DNA of 64,000 nucleotides from Eledone cirrhosa (Eukaryota): contig OZ024741.1 in assembly GCA_964016885.1 (NCBI GenBank), positions 4,464,001-4,528,000 of the forward strand, read 5' to 3'. Below, one piece after another: positions 1-13,304 of this stretch (position 1 is the stretch's first letter; every line of letters starts with the position of its first letter). The translations under genes were made by a program, and so were the position numbers. Under the pieces are notes generated by a model that did no database searches, was not told where the DNA came from, and worked only from the letters and a program-made list of their open reading frames with translations.

Positions 1-245
1 GCTGCTCAGCCGTTAATTTTCGTAAGGAAAGTATATACTTTCGAACATTCAACCATCTGGCAGAAGGGTATACGGTGCTGACGATAGCTAACAAGCTTGA
101 AACTAGTACATCGTTCCTGTGTCAGTGTTGAACAAAAAGGTGACGTGGTTGCCTTAACACCGTACGGCATAAATCAGGCTGTCCGTTTGTTTACAAACGG
201 ACAAAGCGAGCATTATAATAAATGTTCGCTAAACTGATAAGTACA
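1..245 (+). mobile_element. 3' terminal-repeat (pLTR) remnant of a Penelope-like element, cut by the window start
   Basis: Contains a minimal hammerhead (72-114), a near-perfect palindrome (180-203) and AATAAA (~217), then ends at a TA/TATG tract, as other PLE ends in this window do. No ORF is visible. Confidence 0.5.
72..114 (+). ncRNA. Minimal type I hammerhead ribozyme
   Basis: ACGGTG-CTGACGA-t-AGCT-aaca-AGCT-t-GAAA-CTAG-TA-CATCGT. Stem I ACGGTG/CATCGT has one G.U pair, stem II is AGCT/AGCT, stem III is the palindrome ACTAGT, and the cleavage triplet is GUA. Confidence 0.8.
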
Positions 246-263
246 TGTATATATGTGTGCCTG

Positions 264-310
<47 letters not shown>

Positions 311-410
311 GCTACTGTACGTCTGTATGCATATATGTATGTACGTATACATACATACTTACATATATATATATATTCATATATATATATTCATATATAT
401 ATATATATAT

Positions 411-1110
<700 letters not shown>

Positions 1111-1778
1111 GTGGGGGAGGGTGCTCTGAAAGTACTGTAGCTAGAGTCAGAACTGGTTGGAAAAAGTTCAGAGAGCTTATACCACTATTAGCTGCTAAAG
1201 GGTTCTCACTAAAAATGAAAGGCAGGTTGTATGATGCCTGCATACGAACAGCAATGTTGCATGGCAGTGAGACCTGGGCATTGTGTGCAGAGGATATACG
1301 CAGACTAGAGAGGAACGAAGCTTGCATGCTCTGCTGGATGTGTAACAGTAATATACGTGAACGGCAAAGCATAAACGAACTAAGGAAAAAATTAGAGATA
1401 AGAGGGATCAGATGTTGTTTACTCGAGAGAAGGCTACGTTGGTATGGACACGTGATGCGCATGAAAGTCGATAGCTGTATAACAAAGTGCAGGGCAATAA
1501 AGATAGACGGTAGTCACGGAATAGGCAGACCTAGAAAAACCTGGGACGAGCTGATAAACTCCGACATCACACACTTACACCTCTCCAAGACAATGTCACT
1601 GGACCGAGACCTTTGGCGGTACTCAGTAACAGAGAAGACCCGCCTTACCTAAATATATAGTAAAACCTACTCCAGCCAGTAGGCATCTCTAACAAAATAC
1701 ACCCCGTCCCACCACCACCACCCCCACCCCATCCACACCACCCCGTTCTATGTAAAGTTATGTTGGTGCCGCGCCATC
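1111..1778 (+). mobile_element. RTE family A fragment (C-terminal ORF plus partial 3'UTR), 3' end lost
   Basis: ORF 1215-1652 (MLHGSETW...RRLRWYGHV...GRPRKTW). It is fused at ~1778 to an opposite-strand copy. Confidence 0.93.
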
Positions 1779-3520
1779 GTCCGTGTTCCACGCTTGCATG
1801 GGTTTGGACGGGGGTAGTCCCACTTGAGGCAAGAGTGATTGTCTTGCTCGCATAGGACTGTCTGGCAGGTTTTCTACAGTTGGATGCCCTTCCTAGCACC
1901 AACCACATTTACAGTGTGGGTCTGGGAGGTTTTTACCGTGTTGCCTACACGGCCACATTACAGCGTGGACTGTGTGTTTTTTTGTCGTGACACCTACACG
2001 ATCTCATTTGTTTCGGCCTGGATGGCGCGGCACCAACATAACTTTACATAGAACGGGGTGGTGTGGATGGGGTGGGGGTGGTGGCGGGACGGGGTGTATT
2101 TTGTTAGAGATGCCTACTGGCAAGGCGGGTCTTCTCTGTTACTGAGTACCGCCAAAGGTCTCGGTCCAGTGACATTGTCTTGGAGAGGTGTAAGTGTGTG
2201 AGGTCGGAGTTTATCAGCTCATCCCAGGTTTTTCTAGGTCTGCCTATTCCGTGGCTACCGTCTATCTTTATTGCCCTGCACTTTGTTATACAGCTATCGA
2301 CTTTCATGCGCATCACGTGTCCATACCAACGCAGCCTTCTCTCGAGTAAACAACATCTGATCCCTCTTATCTCTAATTTTTTCCTTAGTTCGTTTATGCT
2401 TTGCCGTTCACGTATATTACTGTTACACATCCAGCGGAGCATGCAAGCTTCGTTCCTCTCTAGTCTGCGTATATCCTCTGCACACAATGCCCAGGTCTCA
2501 CTACCATGCAACATTGCTGTTCGTATGCAGGCATCGTACAACCTGCCTTTCATTTTTAGGGAGAACCCTTTAGCAGCTAATAGTGGTATAAGCTCTCTGA
2601 ACTTTTTCCAACCAGTTCTGACTCTAGCTACAGTACTTTCAGAGCACCCTCCCCCACTGCTGATTTTATCGCCCAGGTAACGGAAGCTGTCCACTATTTC
2701 TATAGAACCCTCTGCGCAATTGAAAGAGCTAGTATTTTGTGGGCACTTGCTGCTACTTATTGCACCAGAACACCGGCCACATGTAAAATCTATGTTCTTA
2801 GTTAGCTTACCTGTGATCCCACTACATCTTTTATGCACCCATACTTTGCATTTAGGACATAAAATGGAGTTTCTACCTACGCCTTTCCTACACACCGAGC
2901 ACGACCATTTCCCAGAAGGGACCGCCGCCTTGTTTTCTTTCCTACAAACTAGAACTTTGGTCTTAGCCAGGTTAATTTTAAGTCCTTTTGACTCTAGGCC
3001 GTGCTTCCATGTTTGGAATTTCTTCTCTAGCTCGGCCATTGATTCCGCTATGAGTGTCAGGTCGTCTGCGTATAGGAGTTCCCATGCGCAGCCTGTCTTG
3101 AACTCCTCTGTTATAGCCTGAAGGGCAATAATAAATAGTAGGGGGCTGAGAACAGAGCCCTGATGGACGCCAACTTTTACGCTAAACTCTTCACTATATT
3201 CGTTGTTAATTCTAACCTTGCTGACTGTTTCTTTATACATGGCTTGTATAGCCCTCACAAGCCATTCGTCAACGCCTAGTTTTCTAAGAGCCCACCAGAT
3301 AATGGAGCGGGGGACTCTGTCGAAGGCTTTCTCCAGGTCGACAAAAGCTAAGTAGAGGGGTTTACCTTTAGCTAGGTACTTCTCCTGTAGTTGTCGTACT
3401 ATGAAAAGAGCGTCTGTGGTGCTTTTGCCTGACACAAACCCGAACTGCATTTCATCTAGGTCAATTCTCTCTCTGATTAGTTGCGCTATTACTTTTTCCG
3501 TGACCTTCATGACCTGGTCG
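1779..3520 (-). mobile_element. RTE family A, 5'-truncated copy
   Basis: Near-identical to 33341-35081. It lacks the (GAT)n tail at the 1778 fusion, and its 5' end abuts (TA)n. Confidence 0.95.
2104..3510 (-). CDS. RTE reverse transcriptase, partial (RT, PHD-like finger, C-terminus)
   Basis: Motifs [33 protein letters not shown] and LHGSETW. It differs from the full-length ORF at two residues (GCAW/GCPW, EGSI/EGFI). Confidence 0.9.
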   Translation of the reverse strand: MKVTEKVIAQLIRERIDLDEMQFGFVSGKSTTDALFIVRQLQEKYLAKGKPLYLAFVDLEKAFDRVPRSIIWWALRKLGVDEWLVRAIQAMYKETVSKVRINNEYSEEFSVKVGVHQGSVLSPLLFIIALQAITEEFKTGCAWELLYADDLTLIAESMAELEKKFQTWKHGLESKGLKINLAKTKVLVCRKENKAAVPSGKWSCSVCRKGVGRNSILCPKCKVWVHKRCSGITGKLTKNIDFTCGRCSGAISSSKCPQNTSSFNCAEGSIEIVDSFRYLGDKISSGGGCSESTVARVRTGWKKFRELIPLLAAKGFSLKMKGRLYDACIRTAMLHGSETWALCAEDIRRLERNEACMLRWMCNSNIRERQSINELRKKLEIRGIRCCLLERRLRWYGHVMRMKVDSCITKCRAIKIDGSHGIGRPRKTWDELINSDLTHLHLSKTMSLDRDLWRYSVTEKTRLASRHL

Positions 3521-4197
<677 letters not shown>

Positions 4198-4346
4198 ATC
4201 ATCATCATCGTTTAACGTCCGTGTTCCATGCTTGCATGGGTTTGGACGGGAGTTTTCCCACTTGAGGCAAGAGTGGTTGTCTTGCTCGCATAGGACTGTC
4301 TGGCGGGCTTTCTACAGTTGGATGCCCTTCCTAACACCAACCACAT
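4198..4346 (-). mobile_element. RTE family A 3'-end stub
   Basis: (ATC)n followed by GTTTAACGTCCGTGTTCCATGCTTGCATGGG, which is the reverse complement of the family 3' end. Confidence 0.9.
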
Positions 4347-4563
4347 ATATATATATATATATATATGTAGATAAATCTACCAAGAGTTTACGGTAGTGTC
4401 CAATCCGTATGAAGAACTCAATGTATTCCGGATATCATGGAAAGAAGAGATGCAATGAAAAATCACTTTCGGTGAAAGATAAACGGAATACAGAGTCAAG
4501 ATAAAATATTAAAAAAATAATGAATAAAACAATGAAACAGTTCCTTATATTAAACAAAAAAAG

Positions 4564-4718
4564 TTCATTATTTAACGATCGTTTCTAGGATATATATGTG
4601 TTAGAATTGGCATGCATATTCAACAGATCTATGTACAAAATTATACAAAATTATACAAACTATCAAGATTAAATATACATACCAAACACACATATATGCC
4701 GTCTTCAGAAATAATGAA
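4564..4718 (-). ncRNA. Type I hammerhead with 116-nt stem II (inverted copy of 9369-9523)
   Basis: Reverse complement reads TTCATTATTT-CTGAAGA-[rod]-GAAA-CGATCG-TT-AAATAATGAA. Confidence 0.8.
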
Positions 4719-5056
4719 ATATATTTATTGATAATAACAACAATTCAAAATTTCAGGTCCGTTTGGGAACGGAGTTCAAATTGACCAATGAAAATACAAA
4801 AAATTTTATGCAGTTTGGTGTGTGTATATACATGTAATTAACTTCATACACATATTTATACAAAGATATATGCTCACATGCATACGCATGCCAAAAAGAT
4901 GTATGCAAATACAAAAATTCAAGGCTAATGTCTCTGTAAGTTTATAATCCACAGATAAAATGCGTATAGACACATAAATATGAAATAAATGTATACACAT
5001 ATTCACATACTCACACATATCCGTACACTCACACACACACGCGCGTATATGCATAA

Positions 5057-6043
5057 ACATACACACAATTACGAACATACACAATTACGAACATACTAAA
5101 TGCCACCCACACTATACCCCAAAATACCAAATCTTCTAATATAAAATATAGTAACTCTCAAAAAACTACTCATCATACAACTCTAATAAATATTAATAAT
5201 AAAACTCCTAATAAAAAAGATAAAACACCTAAATCTACAAATATAACTAAAAATGGTTGTGGTGAGATCATTAACATTAATCCTCCTAGTAAACATCACG
5301 ATACAACCTATAAAAATAATAAACAACATAGAAACCGTAATAGACGGGTTACTTGGTATAATGCTCCATTTAATTTACAAATTAAGGATAATATTGCTAA
5401 AAAATTTTTTTATATCCTAGAGAAAAACTTCCCGCCAAACCACAAATACCATCAAATCTTAAATAGGTCTACAGTTAAATTCTCATACTCAACAACAAAT
5501 AACATAAAACAAAATATAAGTGCCTATAATGCATATAAATGTAAGAAAACCATAAGTATACCACCAATACATCAAACTAACCATAATATCTCCTCAAATA
5601 CAGAATTAACGAAAGGTTGTAACTGTAGAAACAAAGCAAACTGCCCATTAAAAGGGAATTGTCTTGTTAACAACATAGTCTATAAATGTAATGTTAAAAC
5701 TAAAGATTCTATTTGCTCATATATAGGAGCTACTTCTAACAATTTTAAGACAAGGTTTAATACCCACAAGCATAGTTTTAAAAATGCCGCACTGGCTAAT
5801 ACAACATCTCTAGCAGAAAAAATCAATAGTTATAAAAATAAGAATATAGAATATGATTTGACCTGGAGTGTGCTCAAAAGAGCCACCCCTTATCAAAATA
5901 ATAGAAATGAATGTAGATTATGTTCCCAAGAACTATTTGAAATAATGAAATCTAAGGATATCCTATTAAATAAACGACAGGAATTAATTATATCGTGTAA
6001 TCATAAACTAAAAAAAACATTTAAATATTATAAACCTAATTAA
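5057..6043 (+). pseudogene. PLE C-terminal region with GIY-YIG endonuclease; open frame lacking an upstream start codon (track shows only 5858-6043)
   Basis: Manual translation: RNRRVTWYNAPF...FPPNHKYHQILNRSTVKFSYS...CNCRNKANCPLKGNCL..IVYKC..SYIGAT..FKTRFNTH...CRLCSQE..LLNKRQEL..CNH. No stop from 5057 to TAA at 6041. Confidence 0.85.
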
Positions 6044-6950
6044 TAACATTATTTTAGAAATTAATATATAATTTAATTTAAATGTTAGTTAACCTATAAA
6101 TTTAATTTAATTAAAATTCTACTACAGATGAGAATATAAAATATTGTGTAATCATAAATTGTGAAAAACATTTAAATATTGCTAATATATACTTAGTGAT
6201 TTAATTTATAGATTAATTTTAATTTATTTAACCCTTTATTAAAATTCCTTTACAGATAAAATATAACAAAATATCGTGTATTCAATGACAGAGAAATAAT
6301 TTTTAGTATTATAGACCTAATTAATATACATTTTAGAAATATATTTATAATTTGGTTTTAAATTTAGTCAACCTAAAAATTTAATTTAATTGGCTTAAAA
6401 TTAGTATCCTAATACAGACGGATTGCAGAGTGTCATGTAATCATAGAATGGGATGTGTTTTGGATGTATACCTAGTTAATATATTCTTTGCAATTTTTGA
6501 AAAAATATGTATATGTATGTATGTATATGTATGTGTATGTATGTATATATATGTGTATATATATATATGTATATATATGTATATGTATATGTATTAATTT
6601 TGATTTCTGTTTGCATATAATTATATTCTGCTATTGATAAAATACAATATCTGTTTTATTTATTATATACCTAATTAACATATACTATAGAAATTAATAT
6701 ATAATTTTTAATTTAGTTATCCTATAATTTATATTCTACTACCGATGTAATACTTTATTTGTTTTTTCCCTATTACTAAATTCATTTCCTAATATTGATA
6801 CCATAACGTTAATAATTTTAATTTAGTTATACTATAATTAATACTCTACTACTATTTAACTTCAAAATTCTGCTTCAAATATTATAAACCTAACTAATTT
6901 ACACCTTAGAAATCAATATGTTAACTATCTTTAGTTTAGTTAACCTATAA
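5990..6950 (+). repeat. Degenerate ~130-200-bp tandem echoes of the ORF end / 3'UTR start
   Basis: TGTAATCATA-like words at ~5996, 6147, 6277 and 6436. ACCTA(A/G)(T/C)TAA words at ~6035, 6316, 6470, 6669 and 6887. Confidence 0.6.
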
Positions 6951-7129
6951 TTAATGGTATACTTATATTGAAATGCATAATTTTGCCTTATTTCTTGCAT
7001 TTCCTAACACTGAAACTATGTAAAAACATATATTGAGATCCAAATACAGATTAATATTCTATGTTTCTTGAAACATATATTTACTATAATCCCCTTCTCC
7101 ACCCCCCCTTTCCCCCATACTATTATTAT

Positions 7130-7284
7130 CTGTATTTGTAAGCGTGTATGTATGAATATATATGTAGGTAGGTGTATATATGTTTGGGTGTTTATATCTG
7201 AGTATAAAAATACATATATGTGCAAGCAAATAAGGATGTATGATTGTATGTATATATATGTATATATATGTATATATATATATG

Positions 7285-7321
<37 letters not shown>

Positions 7322-8021
7322 GTATGTGGGCGTGTATGTGTGTGTATATATATGTGTGTATGTATGTGTGTGTATATATGTGTATGTATATGTATGTCTC
7401 TCTATATATATGTGTATCTTCGTATCTATGTGGGTATATGTGTGTATGTACATGTATGCACATGTATATGTTTATGTGTATATGTGTGTATGTGTATATG
7501 TGTACGTGTGCGCACATATATATGTGAGTGTGTGTGTATATATATATGTATGTCTATGTATATATATATATGTAAATATATATGTGTATGTGTGTTTTTG
7601 TGTGTGTGTATATATATGTATATATGTGTGTATGTATGTGTTTGTATGTGTGTTTATGGTTGTATGTGTGTGTGGGTATATATATATATGTATGTATATA
7701 TATATATATATGTGTATATGTATCTCTATTTATGTGTGTATATATGTATATGTATATACCTTTTTCTTTGTATGTCTGAGTTGTGTGAGAGTGTAGTGGT
7801 GTTTGTATGTATATACGCATATATGGATGCGTATGTATTTGTATATATGCGTATATGTAAGTGCGTATGTGTGTGTGATTATATATCTATGTCTATGTAT
7901 GAGTATGTATGTGTGTGTATGTATGTGTGTGTGTATGTATGTATGTGTGTGTGTGTATATATATGTGTGTATATGTATGTATGTGTATGTATGTATGTAT
8001 ATGTGTATGTATATGTATATA

Positions 8022-8052
<31 letters not shown>

Positions 8053-8453
8053 TTATTATATATGTGTGTGTGTGTGTGTGTATATATATCTTTATATATG
8101 TGTATGTGTATGTATGTGTAGGTGTGTGTGTGTGTGTGACTATATATGTATGTGTGTATATGTGTATGTATGTATGCGTATGTGTGTGTACTTATATGTA
8201 TGTATATATATATATATATATGTATATATATGTATGTGTGTATATATATATGTATATGTATCTCTATTTATGTGTGTATATGTGTATATGTATATACCTT
8301 TTTCTTTGTATGTCTGAGTTGTGTGAGAGTGTAGTGGTGTTTGTATGTATATACGGATATATGGATGCGTATGTATTTGTATATATGCGTATATGTAAGT
8401 GCGTATGTGTGTGTGAATATATATCTATGTCTATGTATGAATATGTGTGTGTA

Positions 8454-8484
<31 letters not shown>

Positions 8485-8702
8485 CTGTATGTATATGTGT
8501 GTGTATATATATGTATGTATGTGTATGTCTGTATGTATATAAGTATGTATGTGTATGTATATGTGCGTGTATATATATATATGTGTGTGTATATATGTGT
8601 GTGTGTATATATGTGTATATATGTGTATATATATATATGTATGTGTGTATATGTGTGTGTATATATATATGTATACGTTTATATATGTGTGTGTGTGTGT
8701 GT

Positions 8703-8755
<53 letters not shown>
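7130..8755. repeat. Compound (TG)/(TA)/(TATG) microsatellite with an internal ~540-bp duplication
   Basis: The block TATACCTTTTTCTTTGTATGTCTGAGTTGTGTGAGAGTGTAGTGG occurs at ~7755 and ~8293. Confidence 0.9.
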
Positions 8756-8756
<1 letters not shown>

Positions 8757-9368
8757 CTTGATATATTTCTTTTTTCTTTTTTCTTTTTCTTTTCTTTTCT
8801 TTTTATTTCTAAGTTTATAGATACATCTATAAATAAGCAGTCTGCCGAAACCGTTGAATACTGACCTCTCCCCCCCCCCCTCCCACCTAATTTCTGTATC
8901 TTGATCTAAATGTGTGTGGCAGTGTTTATGTGCGTGCATTAATATCCATATGCTTATGATAATGCTATATCCACATATATATGTGTGTGGGTGTGTGTGT
9001 GTGTATGTATGTTCGTAATTGTGTGTATGTTTATGCATATACGCGCGTGTGTGTGTGAGTGTACGGATATGTGTGAGTATGTGAATATGTGTATACATTT
9101 ATTTCATATTTATGTGTCTATACGCATTTTATCTGTGGATTATAAACTTACAGAGACATTAGCCTTGAATTTTTGTATTTGCATACATCTTTTTGGCATG
9201 CGTATGCATGTGAGCATATATCTTTGTATAAATATGTGTATGAAGTTAATTACATGTATATACACACACCAAACTGCATAAAATTTTTTGTATTTTCATT
9301 GGTCAATTTGAACTCCGTTCCCAAACGGACCTGAAATTTTGAATTGTTGTTATTATCAATAAATATAT

Positions 9369-9523
9369 TTCATTATTTCTGAAGACGGCATATATGTGTG
9401 TTTGGTATGTATATTTAATCTTGATAGTTTGTATAATTTTGTATAATTTTGTACATAGATCTGTTGAATATGCATGCCAATTCTAACACATATATATCCT
9501 AGAAACGATCGTTAAATAATGAA
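9369..9523 (+). ncRNA. Type I hammerhead with 116-nt rod-like stem II
   Basis: 10-bp stem I TTCATTATTT/AAATAATGAA, CTGAAGA at 9379-85, GAAA at 9502-05, palindromic stem III CGATCG, GUU cleavage triplet. Stem II includes TTGGTATGTATATTTAA/TTGAATATGCATGCCAA (17 bp, 3 G.U). Confidence 0.82.
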
Positions 9524-9583
9524 CTTTTTTTGTTTAATATAAGGAACTGTTTCATTGTTTTATTCATTATTTTTTAAATATTT

Positions 9584-9658
<75 letters not shown>

Positions 9659-9689
9659 ATATTCATATATATATATTGACGGTATAAAT

Positions 9690-10106
9690 ATGGCCGACAC
9701 CTCATTAACAGATGAGTTCAACAACAACAACACAAATATATACGGCAACACAAGAATAGATGACGATGAGAGATCTGTGTTATGTTTACCCCCGAAATTT
9801 GCGACATTCAAGAAGGTAAATATGATTAGTTGTCTGTCAGAAATAGAAAAATCATTTACAAAACTACGCTGGAGCCTCAAAAACAAAAACAAAAGCAACA
9901 ATATACGCACACACATATACAACACACATCCCAACAACAACAGACACACAGACACAAACAACAATAACAACACACACACCAACAACAACAATAACAATAT
10001 ACCCAGAAACAACAACAACAGACACGCAGACACAAACAACAATAACAACACACACAACAATAATAACACACACGGAGACAACACACATCAACAACAGCAC
10101 ACATGA
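9690..10106 (+). pseudogene. N-terminal part of the PLE ORF, separated from the RT frame by stops and frameshifts in an Asn/Thr/His-rich spacer
   Basis: MADTSL...ERSVLCLPPKFATF...EKSFTKLRW in a different frame from 10525-12795. All three frames contain stops in 10104-10310. Confidence 0.65.
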
Positions 10107-10524
10107 ACAACAACACACATGCATTCAATGCCTCTCACCACCACCACAATCTTAACAAACACAGACACAGAAAACAAGTAATGACAGTAGCACAGAAATC
10201 ACAGAAATAAGGGAAAGTAATAGGATTAAAAGGAGAAGGGAGACTAAGGACAAAGAAAATAACCAAGACGAACACACAGACACAAAATAGGGTAGATAAC
10301 AACAATGAGCCAGTGGAAAGGACAGGAGTAATTATGAGAGACATAGAAACAACCATGAGGCTGTTGGTGGAAATAGAAATAGAAACAACACAACTAACAA
10401 TAACAATAGCACTAGTACACATAAAGCAGCAGCCTGGAACTCTACTTTCTATAATCCCTCGGATAAATCGTTCGACCTGCGACGAGTCCACGCCACGACT
10501 TTACCATTTAACAAACGCACGCAA

Positions 10525-12795
10525 TTGCCGTCGCAGGTCGATGAACAAACAGAAGCACAATTTAGTATAGCTAGATCCGAACTTAGAAATATTATAGAAC
10601 AGTATAGCAAGAAGCATAATAGAATGGAGGCCCAGCAACTGGGAGAAAAATCTGCAAATGGCTTGCGTAAGCTCATGCAGCGCTCACGTAAGGGAGAGAT
10701 AGCATGCTTTCCAACAGACAAGTCTGGCAGAATGTCGGTTGACAGCCTGCCAAACTACATCCAGGCAATGCAACCCCACATCACTAACACAAGAGAGGTA
10801 ACACCACAGGAGCATGAGGATAGAGAAAAAGCCCTCAATGCCCATATGGTGATGTGGACGAATATAATGCAGCCCAACAAAAGGACTGCCAACAACTTCC
10901 AGGCCTGGAACAATGACGTGCCGGCGTTGTATGGGCTTCGAAAAGACCATAAAACGGGCAGTGACCCTGTCACGGGACCACCAACACGGCCAGTCTGTGG
11001 AGCTAACATTGCTAGTAACTACAGACTGTCCTATTTCCTCTCCCTGATCATACGCCCCATCATTGAAATGTCCCCAGATGTATGTGACAGCACGGAGGAC
11101 CTCCTCAGCAGAATCGGCGTGAGTAACCGATCTAGGGACCTAACAAACTGCATAATAGGTAGTATGGATGTTGTGTCCCTGTATCCATCTATTGACGTGG
11201 ATTTTGCTGTGGAGAAATGCGTAGAAATCATCAGTGAGAGCAATGTTGAGTTCCGTGGGATTGATACCAGTGAGCTGGGACTCCTACTTAAACTTACCTA
11301 TAGTAATAATTACCTAGACACATATGACCTTAGCAACCTGTGCCCTACAAGACCAGCAAGAGGCAGACCACCTACCATTACCTCAATGGCCAAGAAAACC
11401 CACACAGATAGATGGAACGGGTGGACCAGAGCCATACGGACACTGAAGAAAATGATTGCACATGCGGTAGGGGCCAGCATAAAACTAACCTTTAAGGAAC
11501 ATATGTTCAAATTTAATGGAAAAACATATGCCCAAGAGGAAGGAGCAGCCATTGGTGTTAGCATTGCAGGCGACATAGCTAACTTATTCATGGTATGGTG
11601 GGACAGTAGACTTAAACTTAAAGAACAATTAGAAGCCCCCTTAACCCTGATAATGTACTCCCGCTACGTTGATGATATAAACATCGTAGTTAAGACACCC
11701 CCTCTAGAGAACAGTCAGGAACTAGAGAAAAACACAATGGAAAGCATCCAGCAAATAGCAAACTCCATCCACCAGAGCATTAGAGTTACTATAGACTACC
11801 CAAGTAAACACCCCAATTATCGATTACCTGTACTAGACACAGAGCTGTGGTTAGATACCATTAACAACAAAAAACAAATCCTCCATTCCCATTATGCCAA
11901 ACCCATGACTTCCAAACATCTGATCCACCGAAACTCGGCCGTTTCGGACCATACCAAAATCAACATACTGATTGCGGATTTGGTACGGGTGATGAGAAAC
12001 GTGTCCCGCATGTGCAACCCCGAAGAACTAGAGAGTTGCATACAACACTTCATCCACCGTATGCAGTTCTCTGGCTACAATCAGAGAGATAAAATCAGAG
12101 TGTATAGAGGAGCCAGAACCAAATGGGAAAAAATGGTAAATAATGACATAAATGGGACCTGCCCTTTGTATAGGAGCAAATTTTGGAATAGAATAGAAAG
12201 AACTAGGAACAAGGATAATAGAATAAACTCATGGTATGATAGCAATAAATACCAGAGTGTAATGTTCATCGATACAACCCCTAGAGGTGAATTAGCTTAC
12301 AAATTTAGAAGGGCTCTAAATAAACATAAACTCAATATTAAGATAGTAGAAAGACCAGGTACCTCCGTAAAAACACTTATTAGCAAGACATACCCTTTTC
12401 AAAGACCCTCATGTATAGATAAGAAATGTATAACCTGTAAAATAAGCCCCCATATTAACTGTAAAACTAGAAATGTAGTGTATAGTATAAGATGTACTGA
12501 AGGACAATGTAGAGACAAAAATATAGTGTACATAGGTGAGACAGCTCGTAGTGTAGGGGAACGGATAAATGAACACTGGCGAGACCTTCAAGATAATAAA
12601 GAATCATCTGTACTCTACCAACATGCTAACATAGAACACAAGGGTAAATTAGAGAACATAGAAATAAAAATAGAATCTACACACAGAAAAGACGCAATGT
12701 TTAGACAAATTACAGAGGCAATAAACATAAAAAAATTACAACCTAAATTAAATAGAAAATATGAGTGGAACAGCAACATCACAACTTACAATTAA
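10525..12795 (+). CDS. Penelope-like reverse transcriptase + GIY-YIG endonuclease (frame open from ~10310)
   Basis: PTDKSG, LYGLRKDHK, RPVCGA, MDVVSLYPSI, GAAIG, YSRYVDD, LPVLD; C-x4-C-x2-C; NVVYSIRC...VYIGETAR..ERINEH; EA..I..LN. Confidence 0.92.
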   Translation: MPSQVDEQTEAQFSIARSELRNIIEQYSKKHNRMEAQQLGEKSANGLRKLMQRSRKGEIACFPTDKSGRMSVDSLPNYIQAMQPHITNTREVTPQEHEDREKALNAHMVMWTNIMQPNKRTANNFQAWNNDVPALYGLRKDHKTGSDPVTGPPTRPVCGANIASNYRLSYFLSLIIRPIIEMSPDVCDSTEDLLSRIGVSNRSRDLTNCIIGSMDVVSLYPSIDVDFAVEKCVEIISESNVEFRGIDTSELGLLLKLTYSNNYLDTYDLSNLCPTRPARGRPPTITSMAKKTHTDRWNGWTRAIRTLKKMIAHAVGASIKLTFKEHMFKFNGKTYAQEEGAAIGVSIAGDIANLFMVWWDSRLKLKEQLEAPLTLIMYSRYVDDINIVVKTPPLENSQELEKNTMESIQQIANSIHQSIRVTIDYPSKHPNYRLPVLDTELWLDTINNKKQILHSHYAKPMTSKHLIHRNSAVSDHTKINILIADLVRVMRNVSRMCNPEELESCIQHFIHRMQFSGYNQRDKIRVYRGARTKWEKMVNNDINGTCPLYRSKFWNRIERTRNKDNRINSWYDSNKYQSVMFIDTTPRGELAYKFRRALNKHKLNIKIVERPGTSVKTLISKTYPFQRPSCIDKKCITCKISPHINCKTRNVVYSIRCTEGQCRDKNIVYIGETARSVGERINEHWRDLQDNKESSVLYQHANIEHKGKLENIEIKIESTHRKDAMFRQITEAINIKKLQPKLNRKYEWNSNITTYN

Positions 12796-12995
12796 GGACA
12801 AAATGAAAACACACACACACATAGAACAAACAACCAACCAGTAACATGTAAATAAACAAATAAATAAATGAACATAAACACACACAGACACCCGGATGTG
12901 GTGCATGCGCAAACTGAGCACACAACACACACACAGAAACAAAATGGCGTAGGACAGAACAAAGGAGAGGCACAGAAACAAAGAAAGGAATCCCC

Positions 12996-13040
12996 AGTCA
13001 CTGAAGAGGTCACAGAGTGTGTGACGAAAGAACTATGACT
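12996..13040 (+). ncRNA. Minimal type I hammerhead in the PLE 3' pLTR
   Basis: AGTCA-CTGAAGA-g-GTCACA-gagtg-TGTGAC-GAAA-GAAC-TA-TGACT. Stem I AGTCA/TGACT, 6-bp stem II, rudimentary stem III. Confidence 0.8.
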
Positions 13041-13253
13041 ATATATAAACAACTATCTGGTTGTGGAACCAACCAACCAACCAGAAATTTATAAATTTAT
13101 TATAAATTTATTATAATAAATTGAAGTGAAAGCAACTGGTGCGTGTGTTTCTTATTGGCAACATGACCCTCCCAAAGTATAACAATATATATATATATAT
13201 ATATATTCATATGTATATTCATATATATATATATATATATATTTTCATATATA

Positions 13254-13303
<50 letters not shown>

Positions 13304-13304
13304 T

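Larger units (their letters stand above)
4367..9586 (+). mobile_element. 5'-truncated Penelope-like element (Naiad-like GIY-YIG) with an inverted pLTR at its 5' junction
   Basis: About 4500-5085 is the reverse complement of about 9005-9586 (identical ORF-track peptides at 4806-5084 minus and 8985-9281 plus). The GIY-YIG frame is at 5057-6043 and each repeat carries a hammerhead. Both ends lie in (TA)n. Confidence 0.85.
9677..13185 (+). mobile_element. Penelope-like retroelement (RT + GIY-YIG) with 3' pLTR hammerhead
   Basis: PLE N-terminal motifs (ERSVLCLPPKFA, EIEKSFTKLRW, FYNPSDKSFDLRR), RT/EN ORF, hammerhead at 12996-13040 and AATAAA at ~13114. Flanked by (TA)n. Confidence 0.92.
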
